The notes below the pieces were generated by a model, which did not search any database, had not been told where the DNA came from, and was given only the letters and a program-made list of their open reading frames with translations. From the NCBI GenBank assembly GCA_018608435.1, contig JABAZV010000006.1:31692-95691 (forward strand): a stretch of 64,000 bases of DNA, in the 5' to 3' direction. A program made the translations under genes and the position numbers. This DNA comes from Patescibacteria group bacterium (GTDB taxonomy: Bacteria > Patescibacteriota > Minisyncoccia > Phycocordibacterales > UBA918). Positions 9,401 to 18,085 of the stretch are shown in pieces. The stretch's first letter is position 1, and the number at the start of each line of letters is the position of its first letter.

Positions 9401-12400
9401 CACCAATTGATGCTGTGAGCATAACGCTTTTCCAATTGGTAAGTTCTGTTGGTACAGTGGCTGTTGACGATGTCTCAATAGTTGTAAGTGGCACCAGCGG
9501 GCCAAGCGAAGCTAATGCACCAGCTGTCAATATCACAACTCCAGCGGCTGGAACGACTATAAGTGGAACTGTAACGGTCGTTGCAAACGCAACTGACGAT
9601 ACGGCGATAGTAGGAGTTTACTTTGCTGCAAATGGTATTCCAATCGGAAGCGAAGACTTTGCTGCTCCATATAATTACGTTTGGGACACAACAGCTGTAC
9701 CAAATGGAGAGTATATCCTGAAAGCAACTGCTCATGATCCATACGGAAACAACAATAAAGACGAAATTACAATAACTGTTGATAATAGTGGTGTAACGCC
9801 TCCGCCTTCTGGTGGCAATCTTATTGCCAACGCAGATTTTGCAACGGTAGTAGCAGGTGAACCAGCAGGCTGGAATAAAGGAGGATGGGGAACAAACAGT
9901 CGTGTTTTGACCTTTGTAGACAATGGCGGAAACGACAAGTATATTCGAACTGCAATTTCTGATTACGTATCAGGTGACGCGAAATGGTACTTCAATGATG
10001 TGTCTGTAACAGCTAACGAAACTTACGGTTACACGAGTACTTATCGATCCGATGTGCCAAGCGCTCTGACAGCTCGCTACACCAAAGCAGACGGCAGTAT
10101 TCAGTACGAATACCTCGGAGGCGAGCCTGCTTCTGCAGCATGGAATGATACTCAGGCTTACGACATCACAACTCCAGCGGACACGGTTTCATTGACTGTT
10201 TTCCATTCAATCAGCACAGCCGGTACGCTCGATGTACAAAGTGCAATATTGACTGGTGTGGCTGGTGAGCAAACAATCGAAGATCTGCAGCAGATGGTCA
10301 GTGATCTATTCCTTCAGATAAATGGTTTGTTGGCAAATGCTGGTAAAGAAGTAGATTCTTGTGATCTGATGACACTTGATCTAGCTAAAAACGCAGAAGA
10401 ACTTGATGCCCAGATTAATGATTTACTTGCAGTGCTTTCTGTACTGCAGGGAGGTGGAGTACCAGTTATTGGAACTTGTACAGTAACTGACATTCCAGTC
10501 GGTGCTAACCTGATCGCAAACGGCGATCTAGAAGTTGGTTCAGCAAACAATCCAACAGCTTGGGCTCAAGGAGGCTGGGGTACTAATGCTCGCGCCTTCA
10601 CTTACCCAGTAGCAGGCGAGACTGGTGACGCTGCTCGAGTAGAAATCACAAGCTACACCTCAGGTGACGCAAAATGGTTCTTCAATGACGTAACAGTGGT
10701 GTCTGGAACTGATTACACTTTTAGCGAAACTTACAAAGCAAACGTAGCTTCTGGACTCACAGCTCGCTACACTACAGCTGACGGTACAGTTTCTTACGAG
10801 TATCTTGCAACATTGCCAATTGCGGCAACGTGGCAAACTCACGTTGAAACAATCTCAGTACCAGCAGGCGTTACTGCTCTCACTATCTTCCACACTATTA
10901 CATCTGTAGGTGTGCTAGATATCGACAACTTCTCACTAACCGGAGCAGATGGTGGTCCTGGAGGTGGCGGAGGAGGGGTTACTCCACCAACTATTAGTTA
11001 CACAGGAGTAAGTGATGGTGATACTGTAACGGGACGACTTGTTCTAAATGTATCATTAGTAGACGGTAGCGCAGCTCCTTACCAGTCAGTTCAGCTGGAA
11101 ACAAATGGCACACCTGTAGCCAGAGACACAACGGCACCATATGTGTTGGCTTGGGACACAACTCGTTTTGCAGATGGTGACTACGAACTTGTAGTTGTAG
11201 TAAACGACGAAGTCGAAGCAAAAACTCAATCTGCGGCAATCAACATCACAGTTGATAATGTTGCTGACCCAGTAGATCCACCTCCGGTAGATCCTCCAAC
11301 AGGGAGCGGAATAATCAACGGATCAATGGAAGCGGCTGACCCAACTGACGCAACGCGTCCAAACGGTTGGAGCAAAAGTGCTTTCGGAGAATACGATGTA
11401 ACATTCACTTATCCAATTGCTGGAATAAGTGGAAACGGAGCGCGAGTTGAGCTTGCTAACTACATATCAAGTGACGCAAAGTGGGTATTCGAACCAGTCT
11501 CCGTAACAGCTGGAGCACTATACACACTGACTCATAGCTATCGTTCTGATGTAGAGACTACTATTAGTTTGGTATATCAGCGAGCCGACGATTCTTTCTA
11601 CTACATTGGACGAGTAGACTTAGCACCTAGCGCAACTTGGAAAACAGTCAAAGATTCATTCGTTATTCCAGATGATGCTGTAGCAGTATCTGTATTTCAA
11701 AGCCTGACTGCAGACGGTTTCCTTGAAGTAGACGAATTCATGCTAGAGCTTGGAACACCAGATGCTTTCAGTCAAGGAATGATTTCTCTTAGCTTCGATG
11801 ACGGTTGGCTAACTCACTATACTGAAGCTTTGCCACTGCTTGAAAAACACGACACTGACGCAACTTTCTACATAGTTAGTGGCTACACAACAGAAGCAAA
11901 TGGATCAGAACTAGTCGCCAACAACCTTATTTCAACAAACAACGGCAACGGTACACCAACAGGATGGTTCCAAGGTGGTTGGGGAGATAGTACTCAAGCA
12001 CTGGACTATAATATTACTGGCGGCGTGAATGGTGATGGTTCAGTGCGTACTGAAATAACAAATTATGTTTCTGGCGACGCTAAATGGTACTTTGATGACG
12101 TGCCAGTGACAGCAGGAGAATCATATGCTTTAACGCAAACTTACCGTTCTACGACTGACACTCAAATCAACGTTCGTTACACAATGTCTGATGATTCGTT
12201 CGTATACGACTTCATTGCTGGCGCTCCAAATACTGGAAACAGTTGGGAAGTGAATTCAAGTATAGTTGTTGCTCCAGTTGATGTGGTATCAATGACAATC
12301 TTTCATGTAGTTACTAGCGACGGAGTGCTAGAAATCGACAATGCATCAATTGTGTTAGTCGAAGACTTCATCTCTACCGACGAGGTACAGCGTTTGGCTG

Positions 12401-12891
12401 CGGCTGGTCACGAGATTGGTTCACATACTATTACCCACAGTTACCTCACAACATTAAGTGAGGCAGGGCAGGTAGCAGAACTTGAAAATTCAAAATCTAC
12501 TCTTGAGAACACGATTGTTCCAGGTGTTGCTGTGACTAGCATCGCGTATCCTTACGGAGACTACGATGGCTCAGTATTAGACAAAACAGCTGCGGCTGGC
12601 TATGACGCGGCGCGCGGAGTAGACCGAGGCTATAACACCAAAGCGACCGAACGTTACGCGCTTAAAGTGCAGCAAGTCGATCGTACAACAACAATTGCTG
12701 ATATTAACGAATGGATGACACAGGCAGAAACCGACGGTACTTGGTTAATCCTTATGTTCCACCAAATCGACGACATCGCAGCCAACGATCTCGGTATCAC
12801 AGCAGAATTCCTAGATGAAATCCTGACGACAGTAAACAACAGCGGAATCGCAGTGACAACAATAGGTGACGCAATCGGACTTTTGAACTAA
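6409..12891 (+). CDS. 2160-aa secreted multidomain protein: PQQ-dependent glucose/sorbosone dehydrogenase-like propeller, PKD, Ig (Big_7-like) x3, CBM4/9-like x6, CE4 polysaccharide deacetylase
   Basis: GLSLPTAMAFTPDGRIFVTEK, DRGLLGI..DPNF..NG, H.AGGLRFGPDGKLY, GFRNQFR, GANYGWP; PKD WTFGDG...HTY; six NL..N..(F/L)E...SGDAKW.F repeats; three WDTT...(D/N)G.(H/Y) Ig units; NodB motifs SFDDG, HEIGSHTITH, AYPYG, LMFH. Confidence 0.85.
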   Translation: MKTPFNQTRSNVLVALVMLGAALTFFAPQSALAQIPDVVINESGFENEVIAGGLSLPTAMAFTPDGRIFVTEKSGVVQVIKNGVVLAAPLISLTDVNTFGDRGLLGIETDPNFASNGYVYLLYTYENSPGINISGAKTARIVRITVTGDTASESSKVVLVGAVGGNVTSPSCEDFAVTADCIASDSNSHSAGGLRFGPDGKLYATTGDGADFAAVDSRALRAQDIDSLAGKVLRINTDGTAPADNPFYDGDPDSNRSKVYAFGFRNQFRFNFNTETGKLYGGDVGWSSWEEINEVVAGANYGWPCREGDFAQAEYACDPSTVASDPVYAYAHDATGAGSITAGSFFENNVYPAEYSTSMFIGDYAQQWMKRLVLDTNGNVVEVVDFVPNMIWPVEITTGADGNVYYIDIARGSVNRITHTEGNRSPVVNITATPTSGLSPLQVEFSSAGTQDLDGDTLSYFWTFGDGATAATTSPVHTYTTNGLYTASLQVTDSNGATVSKSIDITVGNQSPAAEITSPVSGSFYEAGQTLSVYGLGTDPEDGAIPAENISWEVILHHNVHTHTLSTAAGVDTIEFQADGHDDPDVYIRVVMRVTDSNGLVGEDSINMYLDNGSGIAGNLISNPSLEEADPAFAIQPLDWIPGWYGNMNPVFEYPVNGLSGEKAARVTVTDYVSGAARWYFSPAFVQVGTDYRFSNVYIADTTTTFTAQYGRSDGTYFYEVLKVLPAVSDPTSAEVTFTVPEGVQTMTIFHDLFANGTLTVDEYSLVEVSGDTNPPTGFFTNIVPGDVVSGTVLLDVTAADAEGDVTMVHLYVDGAKVEGIEDTTAPFQLLWDTTAFADGGHTIQVHTHDEVDNAGLSDPIAITIDNSSTSTNPNLVFNGDFEIVGDDGLPAGWIQGGWGTNERVYTYPSNGRDGGRAAAVSINKYDLSDDGDAKWVFSDIPVIVGTEYTYRNYYYSDTISDIIGRYTYADGSISYFGLIKEIAPVADWTPLEATFTPPIDAVSITLFQLVSSVGTVAVDDVSIVVSGTSGPSEANAPAVNITTPAAGTTISGTVTVVANATDDTAIVGVYFAANGIPIGSEDFAAPYNYVWDTTAVPNGEYILKATAHDPYGNNNKDEITITVDNSGVTPPPSGGNLIANADFATVVAGEPAGWNKGGWGTNSRVLTFVDNGGNDKYIRTAISDYVSGDAKWYFNDVSVTANETYGYTSTYRSDVPSALTARYTKADGSIQYEYLGGEPASAAWNDTQAYDITTPADTVSLTVFHSISTAGTLDVQSAILTGVAGEQTIEDLQQMVSDLFLQINGLLANAGKEVDSCDLMTLDLAKNAEELDAQINDLLAVLSVLQGGGVPVIGTCTVTDIPVGANLIANGDLEVGSANNPTAWAQGGWGTNARAFTYPVAGETGDAARVEITSYTSGDAKWFFNDVTVVSGTDYTFSETYKANVASGLTARYTTADGTVSYEYLATLPIAATWQTHVETISVPAGVTALTIFHTITSVGVLDIDNFSLTGADGGPGGGGGGVTPPTISYTGVSDGDTVTGRLVLNVSLVDGSAAPYQSVQLETNGTPVARDTTAPYVLAWDTTRFADGDYELVVVVNDEVEAKTQSAAINITVDNVADPVDPPPVDPPTGSGIINGSMEAADPTDATRPNGWSKSAFGEYDVTFTYPIAGISGNGARVELANYISSDAKWVFEPVSVTAGALYTLTHSYRSDVETTISLVYQRADDSFYYIGRVDLAPSATWKTVKDSFVIPDDAVAVSVFQSLTADGFLEVDEFMLELGTPDAFSQGMISLSFDDGWLTHYTEALPLLEKHDTDATFYIVSGYTTEANGSELVANNLISTNNGNGTPTGWFQGGWGDSTQALDYNITGGVNGDGSVRTEITNYVSGDAKWYFDDVPVTAGESYALTQTYRSTTDTQINVRYTMSDDSFVYDFIAGAPNTGNSWEVNSSIVVAPVDVVSMTIFHVVTSDGVLEIDNASIVLVEDFISTDEVQRLAAAGHEIGSHTITHSYLTTLSEAGQVAELENSKSTLENTIVPGVAVTSIAYPYGDYDGSVLDKTAAAGYDAARGVDRGYNTKATERYALKVQQVDRTTTIADINEWMTQAETDGTWLILMFHQIDDIAANDLGITAEFLDEILTTVNNSGIAVTTIGDAIGLLN

Positions 12892-12910
12892 AACAAAGAA
12901 AGTAATAGTT

Positions 12911-12974
12911 AGAAACCCTAAAATATAATGACCGGAGCTTTAGCTCTGGTCATTAATATTTTAGGGTTTCTTTT
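12911..12974 (+). terminator. Long imperfect hairpin / terminator after the EPS operon
   Basis: agaaaccctaaaatat-aatgaccggagct-tt-agctctggtcatt-a-atattttagggtttct followed by ttt. Confidence 0.7.
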
Positions 12975-13025
12975 CTAATTATTTACCAGCTAAACCAAAC
13001 AGATAAGACTTGTTATAATATAAAA

Positions 13026-13667
13026 ATGAAAATCACTAAATACGGTCAGTGTTGTTTGCTGATTGAAATAAATGATAAAAGAATATTAACTGACCCGGGT
13101 AAATTCAGTGTGTCTCAAAATGATGTTAAGAACATTGATTTGATTTTGATTACGCATGAACACGCTGATCATTTACACAGTGACTCTTTGCAGGCTATTT
13201 TGGCAAACAATCCAAACGCCAAAGTCGTGGCAAATACCGGAGTTGCTAAAGTCTTAAACGAACTGGGAGTAAATCATGAAGTTCTAGAAGGGACTGACAG
13301 TGGCGAAAAGGCTGGGGTTGCGCTCGAAGCATATGATGGCAAACATGCAGAAATATTTGAAGAATACGGACAGGTGCAAAATACTGGATACTTTATCGAA
13401 AACAAATTATTTTACCCCGGAGACGCCTACACCGAGCCGAACAAAGAAGTGGAAGTATTAGCGCTCCCTGTCGCTGGTCCGTGGTGCAAAGCAGCTGATG
13501 CTATTGCATATGCACTTAAAGTAAAGCCATTAAAAGCTTTTCCGGTTCACGATTGGTTGCTTAATGATGATGGCATCGCCTTAACTCACAGTTTGTTTGA
13601 AACGCAGCTTAAAGTTAACGATATAGAGTTTGTCAGATTAAAGAACGATGAAGCTAAGGAGTTTTAG
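13026..13667 (+). CDS. MBL-fold metallo-hydrolase (UlaG / beta-lactamase superfamily)
   Basis: ILTDPG, ITHEHADH (HxHxDH), YPGDA and PVHD motifs. Confidence 0.9.
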   Translation: MKITKYGQCCLLIEINDKRILTDPGKFSVSQNDVKNIDLILITHEHADHLHSDSLQAILANNPNAKVVANTGVAKVLNELGVNHEVLEGTDSGEKAGVALEAYDGKHAEIFEEYGQVQNTGYFIENKLFYPGDAYTEPNKEVEVLALPVAGPWCKAADAIAYALKVKPLKAFPVHDWLLNDDGIALTHSLFETQLKVNDIEFVRLKNDEAKEF

Positions 13668-13844
13668 CCAGATTGTGTAAAGTTCTAATTTTTTGTGCTA
13701 TTTTCTTCCCGCAATGCAAATTGCTACAATTTCCAAGTCTAAAGCTGGCTAACCAAAAACCGATGGTAAAGACAAAATATTCTTGTTGATATACTAAGGA
13801 TAGTGTTATACAGTATGGTTTGAAATCGTTTTGGGAGAAAAGTA

Positions 13845-14036
13845 ATGGCTAGGTCTATTTTCGCTGTAGTTCTCACTTTGGTGTCTTCTTCCTGTCTGTT
13901 CGTCGGAGTGTTTCATCTTACTGGTGACTGGGTGACTGCTGCTGTCTTTGCTGTGGCACTTTGCACAGCTCTGTTCATTTTGCTTATTTCAATAGAGGCT
14001 ATTATTGGGAGCATGCGCAAACTAAAATACAAATAA
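13845..14036 (+). CDS. Small 2-TM membrane protein
   Basis: GGAGA SD upstream, two hydrophobic helices, basic tail, terminator-like hairpin downstream (~14047-14073). Confidence 0.6.
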   Translation: MARSIFAVVLTLVSSSCLFVGVFHLTGDWVTAAVFAVALCTALFILLISIEAIIGSMRKLKYK

Positions 14037-14158
14037 CGCCCGCCGGTCGCCCTGACTTTTCGGGCGATTTTTTATATTAAAGGCGAAGTGTGTTGTTGTT
14101 CGTTTGTATATTATCCTGCCTCTTGGTTGCAGGGTGTTGAAAATTATTGTGTACGCAA

Positions 14159-14464
14159 TTATTCTGCTTTAAAAACAAATAAACCTTCTAGCTTCTTGCC
14201 TGAAATACTTTTCATATCGTAACACTTGGTCCATGGGTGATCGGCAGGGATGTCTTTCATGGCTGCAGTAGCTGCGTCTGCTGCTGCTTTGTCTTCCCAG
14301 AATACAAAGTCAGTGTAATTTCCATCTGCGTCTTTGGTGATATTCCAGCTCAACCAACCTGTCTGCTTCTTCATCCAGATGTCAACAATGTCTTCGGCGG
14401 CTTTGTGTAAAGCTTCTTCTGTTATTTCATCCGCTAGACGGTAATTGATTTGATCGATAAACAT
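14159..14464 (-). CDS. ABM/Dabb-like dimeric alpha-beta barrel protein
   Basis: True start probably MFIDQINY at 14464, which avoids overlap with GH26; MKKQTGWLSW...YTDFVFWEDKAAADAA is a typical ABM-like pattern. Confidence 0.65.
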   Translation of the reverse strand: MFIDQINYRLADEITEEALHKAAEDIVDIWMKKQTGWLSWNITKDADGNYTDFVFWEDKAAADAATAAMKDIPADHPWTKCYDMKSISGKKLEGLFVFKAE

Positions 14465-14540
14465 AATATTTGTATTAATTAATAAGTTTACAAGGAAGGG
14501 TAGAGATAGATCAAAAATAGTCGCCCAGAGGTGGCTTTGT

Positions 14541-15905
14541 TTAATCTGTCTCTTCACCGATCGCGCGCAAGAACACTTCCCAAGCATCATCGTCAGACCA
14601 GAGCAGCCAGTTTCTTTCTTTGTTCTGGTTAAACCAAATCCAAGCTTCGATGTTTTTGTAGCGAGGAATGACATCAAAGAATCCTTCAGTCATCCACTTG
14701 GCCTTGTTTGGTCCTTCAGCTGACGCAAATGAGAAAATGAATATTGGCTTGTTGTATTGCGACAGAGTATCAAGCGGGCGAGTGAAAATCTCTTCAAAGG
14801 TGTACCACGGCGGCCCGTCATTAAACCCGTCTACACCGACAATATCGACGTAAGCATCGCCAGGGTAGTAGTTTTCAATCTTGTTTTCTGGAGTGTTTGG
14901 CACTGACGAAGCATTTACAGCCCAGCCAAATTTAACATTATTTAAGTGATTGAAGTAATCATGAATATACCGATAAGCTTGCACAGCCTTTTCTGGTGTA
15001 TTGCCGTTCTTGGTTCCACTCCATGGTGTCCAGTTGCCGTTTAGTTCAGAAAAAGGAATAAGAATAACCTCACCTCGGTAATTTTCTAGCTGGTCGGCAA
15101 AATCCTCGAAGTAATCGTCCCAGTTGCCATTTAAGATGTTCTGGTAAGAATAGGCAGGCTGATTTGTGCCTCCGATAGTGTAATCGCTGGCCTCCCAAAA
15201 GAGGACGAGTGTTCGGTCTTTGTCGCGTGCGTAGGTCTTGAGGAAGCTTGGTAAAGCACCATCACCGTTGCCCCAGTGAACAAAGAAGGCGAGATAATCA
15301 GGATTGGTTTCTACGCGTTGTTCAAAATCTTTGATGGCACCGGCATTTGAGCCAGTAAACACACCCCAATCTAATTGTTTGTATGGCGCCGGTGGAGTGT
15401 CGACAACTGTAGAGGGCTGGTTGGAGTAAAATGAAATATTGGTCGGTTTTGGAAGGATTGTGTTGTTTAGTGTGGTGGTTGATGTAGCTGCTGCAACTGG
15501 CATCTCTTCAATAACAGGCTTAATTGTTGTTTCTTGTTCAATCTCTACTGGCTTTACTGCTACTTCCTGTTCTTGCTGAACCTCTTTTGTTTCAGGTGTT
15601 TGTTGTAATTCTTCTGATTCTTGAACTATCACCGCTGTTTCTTCTGGCATTGTGTTTGTAGATAATTCTTCTGATTCGTGCAGAGCGTAAGCTGTTGGAG
15701 ATCTGGTTATAATTGACGGACTGTTAATTATCGTACTCGTTGTTTTTGGTGGAGTAGGGTTAATATTTTCAATTATTTCCTCCTGAACAGGTTGGTTGTG
15801 TGTACGCAAAATGTCTGCCACAAAGAATAGACATATAAAAAGGCAGAATCCACCACTGAGATAGAAAGCTTTCTTTTGTTTTCGATTTAACGGTGTCGAT
15901 TTCAG
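14541..15905 (-). CDS. Membrane-anchored GH26 family glycoside hydrolase with low-complexity E/T/P stalk
   Basis: PFSELNGNWTPW, FGWAVN, YYPGDAYVDIVGVDGFN, KPIFIFSF and WIWFNQNKERNW. The frame is open upstream of the tracked GTG (15821) to a CTG at 15905, adding a K/R-rich segment and hydrophobic anchor. Confidence 0.8.
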   Translation of the reverse strand: MKSTPLNRKQKKAFYLSGGFCLFICLFFVADILRTHNQPVQEEIIENINPTPPKTTSTIINSPSIITRSPTAYALHESEELSTNTMPEETAVIVQESEELQQTPETKEVQQEQEVAVKPVEIEQETTIKPVIEEMPVAAATSTTTLNNTILPKPTNISFYSNQPSTVVDTPPAPYKQLDWGVFTGSNAGAIKDFEQRVETNPDYLAFFVHWGNGDGALPSFLKTYARDKDRTLVLFWEASDYTIGGTNQPAYSYQNILNGNWDDYFEDFADQLENYRGEVILIPFSELNGNWTPWSGTKNGNTPEKAVQAYRYIHDYFNHLNNVKFGWAVNASSVPNTPENKIENYYPGDAYVDIVGVDGFNDGPPWYTFEEIFTRPLDTLSQYNKPIFIFSFASAEGPNKAKWMTEGFFDVIPRYKNIEAWIWFNQNKERNWLLWSDDDAWEVFLRAIGEETD

Positions 15906-16068
15906 AGCTAGTATTATAACTCATTCTGAGTTTTGTTTGTGGTTTATGTATTTAAAATTGTGTCTTGTAGGTTGTCCTGTATGCCAATGTTAAATCTGCT
16001 CAGCAAATTCACTCAGAAACGGTGTTTGTGCCGCGTCTGCAGGTTTGACGATGCTATACTTTGTTATT

Positions 16069-17529
16069 ATGAATAGTAATAATGACCATCATCTATCAAT
16101 TTCGCTGCAACCGTCTCGGCTGCAGCGGGTGGCAATGTCTTTGATGGCGGTCATGGTGCTGGTGACATTTGTTGCTACAAATTTGCAGGCTTTATTATGG
16201 CAATCTTCTTCTTGGCTGGTGGGAGCTGTTTTGCCGGCTGTGGTTGTTGATCTTACTAATGAAGAGCGTGGTGGGGTAGAAGCATCTTTGCTTGCGCGAA
16301 GCAGTCTGCTAGATGAGGCGGCACGCTTGAAGGCAGAACACATGGCTCAGAATGAGTATTTCTCGCACTATAGCCCTGAGGGAGTGACGCCGTGGGAATG
16401 GTTTGACGAGGTTAATTACGTTTACGCACATGCAGGAGAAAACCTAGCTATTCATTTTTCTGATTCATCTAAGTTGGTAGAAGCTTGGATGAATTCTCCT
16501 TCTCACCGTGAAAACATTGTGAATAGTGAATTCACAGAAATCGGCGTCGGTACAGCTAAGGGAAAGTTTGAAGGTTACGATACGGTTTACGTGGTGCAGC
16601 TGTTTGGCACTCCAGCAGTCATTGCTGAAGTAGAAGTCGTAACTGAGCTTGACGCAACAACATTTTCTTTGATTGAAGAAGTAGCTCCAGAAACAATTTC
16701 ATCAGATGTAGAACCAGCAATTGAAGAAACTGAAGAATTTACAGCAGTAGAATTAGCAGCAGTGACTGAGCCTGATATCGCTGCCGAGACTACTGCACTG
16801 GCTGAAGTTCTGGCAGTGCAGACTGAGGAAGTGATGGGAATAGTGGTAAAAGAAGATAGTTCTCATGCAGAAGAGGCTGCTAGCTATGAAGAAGCAACAA
16901 TAGAGATTAAGATTGAAGATCAATTAATTGAAACAGAATTAGAAACAGCCATAGATAATGAGGTTAAATTCACTGATTTGGCTGCTGTTTTAGATGTTGA
17001 ACCCGTTGAGTTAGAGGGTGTCGAAGATGAAATTTTACCATCTTCTACTTCAGAAACTGTTGTGGAAATCGAAGACCCTGCAAGTTCGACTCTGTTGTCT
17101 GGCAGCAGTGGACCAGCTGAATTAGTTAAAGCCGAGAACAGTCTGTCTGAGAGTGTTTCTGACTCTGAACAAGTGGCAGATGTTTCTGTTTATAAAGCAA
17201 GCCCTGCTGAAGTTATGCAAACTACGTTTCTATCAACATCATCTGGCTTAAAAGCGGTTGACTCTAAAAACACTTTTGTGACTGAGAAAACACTTTCTGC
17301 CACAGCAGGAACGACTGCCGCCGCGCTTGCTACCCAGCCACATGCGCTGTTGCGTGTCATATATATGTTGCTCACAACAACTATCCTTGGCTTGCTTGTG
17401 GCATCAATGGTGCTCGAGGCACGTCGTTTGCATGTGGTGCAAGTCGCTTATGGCTTTTTACTTATTTTAGGAATGGGAGGTTTGTGGTTCCTGCACGGTT
17501 GGTTTGTGGGTGGTGCGGTTGTGGTTTAG
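16069..17529 (+). CDS. CAP/SCP (YkwD-like) domain membrane protein with acidic stalk and two C-terminal TMs
   Basis: LTNEER, AARLKAEHMAQNEYFSH, AGENLA, AWMNSPSHRENIV and EIGVG...VVQLFG. Confidence 0.9.
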   Translation: MNSNNDHHLSISLQPSRLQRVAMSLMAVMVLVTFVATNLQALLWQSSSWLVGAVLPAVVVDLTNEERGGVEASLLARSSLLDEAARLKAEHMAQNEYFSHYSPEGVTPWEWFDEVNYVYAHAGENLAIHFSDSSKLVEAWMNSPSHRENIVNSEFTEIGVGTAKGKFEGYDTVYVVQLFGTPAVIAEVEVVTELDATTFSLIEEVAPETISSDVEPAIEETEEFTAVELAAVTEPDIAAETTALAEVLAVQTEEVMGIVVKEDSSHAEEAASYEEATIEIKIEDQLIETELETAIDNEVKFTDLAAVLDVEPVELEGVEDEILPSSTSETVVEIEDPASSTLLSGSSGPAELVKAENSLSESVSDSEQVADVSVYKASPAEVMQTTFLSTSSGLKAVDSKNTFVTEKTLSATAGTTAAALATQPHALLRVIYMLLTTTILGLLVASMVLEARRLHVVQVAYGFLLILGMGGLWFLHGWFVGGAVVV

Positions 17530-17593
17530 TGTCGAATGATAATTCATTAGCACTGCCAGCAATGCTTTTCAATATCGAGTATACTAATGTGTA

Positions 17594-18055
17594 ATGAAGC
17601 AAAAAGCCTCCATAAGTGACAAAGCGAAACAGGTTGGTAACGCTATGATAAAAACTGATATTAAGTCAGAAAAGTTGCTTTTGTATGCCTCGCAACCAGC
17701 AGCTGGCTTTCCGGCACCAGGAGACGATCTGGTTGAAGCTCCACTTGATTTAAATGATTTACTTGTAGAAAACCCTACCAGTACGTTTTTTGTTCGCGTG
17801 TCTGGTGATTCTATGGAAGGCGCGCGTATTTTTGAAGGCGATATTTTGGTGGTAGATCGTTCAATTGAGCCTTCTCATGGCCGGATTGTGGTAGCTGCTG
17901 TGTATGGTGAATTGGTTATAAAGCGTTTACAAAAAACTCCCACAGGATTAGCTCTGGTGTCAGAGCAAAAAGGATATGAGCCAATTATTATCGATGATGT
18001 GGATGGTTGTTTTATTTGGGGAGTAGCAATTGGTTCGGCCAGGGTTTTGCTGTAA
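17594..18055 (+). CDS. umuD: UmuD / S24 autopeptidase, DNA polymerase V subunit
   Basis: AAGFPAP (Ala-Gly cleavage site), LDLN..L, TFFVRVSGDSM (Ser), IKRL (Lys), IWGV; no HTH domain. Confidence 0.9.
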   Translation: MKQKASISDKAKQVGNAMIKTDIKSEKLLLYASQPAAGFPAPGDDLVEAPLDLNDLLVENPTSTFFVRVSGDSMEGARIFEGDILVVDRSIEPSHGRIVVAAVYGELVIKRLQKTPTGLALVSEQKGYEPIIIDDVDGCFIWGVAIGSARVLL

Positions 18056-18085
18056 GTAATGTTTATAATCTACGTCTTTAGTACT

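Noticed and set aside
14465-14677. N-terminal 71 codons of the tracked 172-aa ORF
   Set aside because: They overlap the GH26 3' end; the ABM-like sequence begins at ATG 14464.
17533-17546. cgaatgataattca as a Gram-positive-type SOS box upstream of umuD
   Set aside because: It has several mismatches to CGAAC-N4-GTTCG, and there is no counterpart upstream of umuC.
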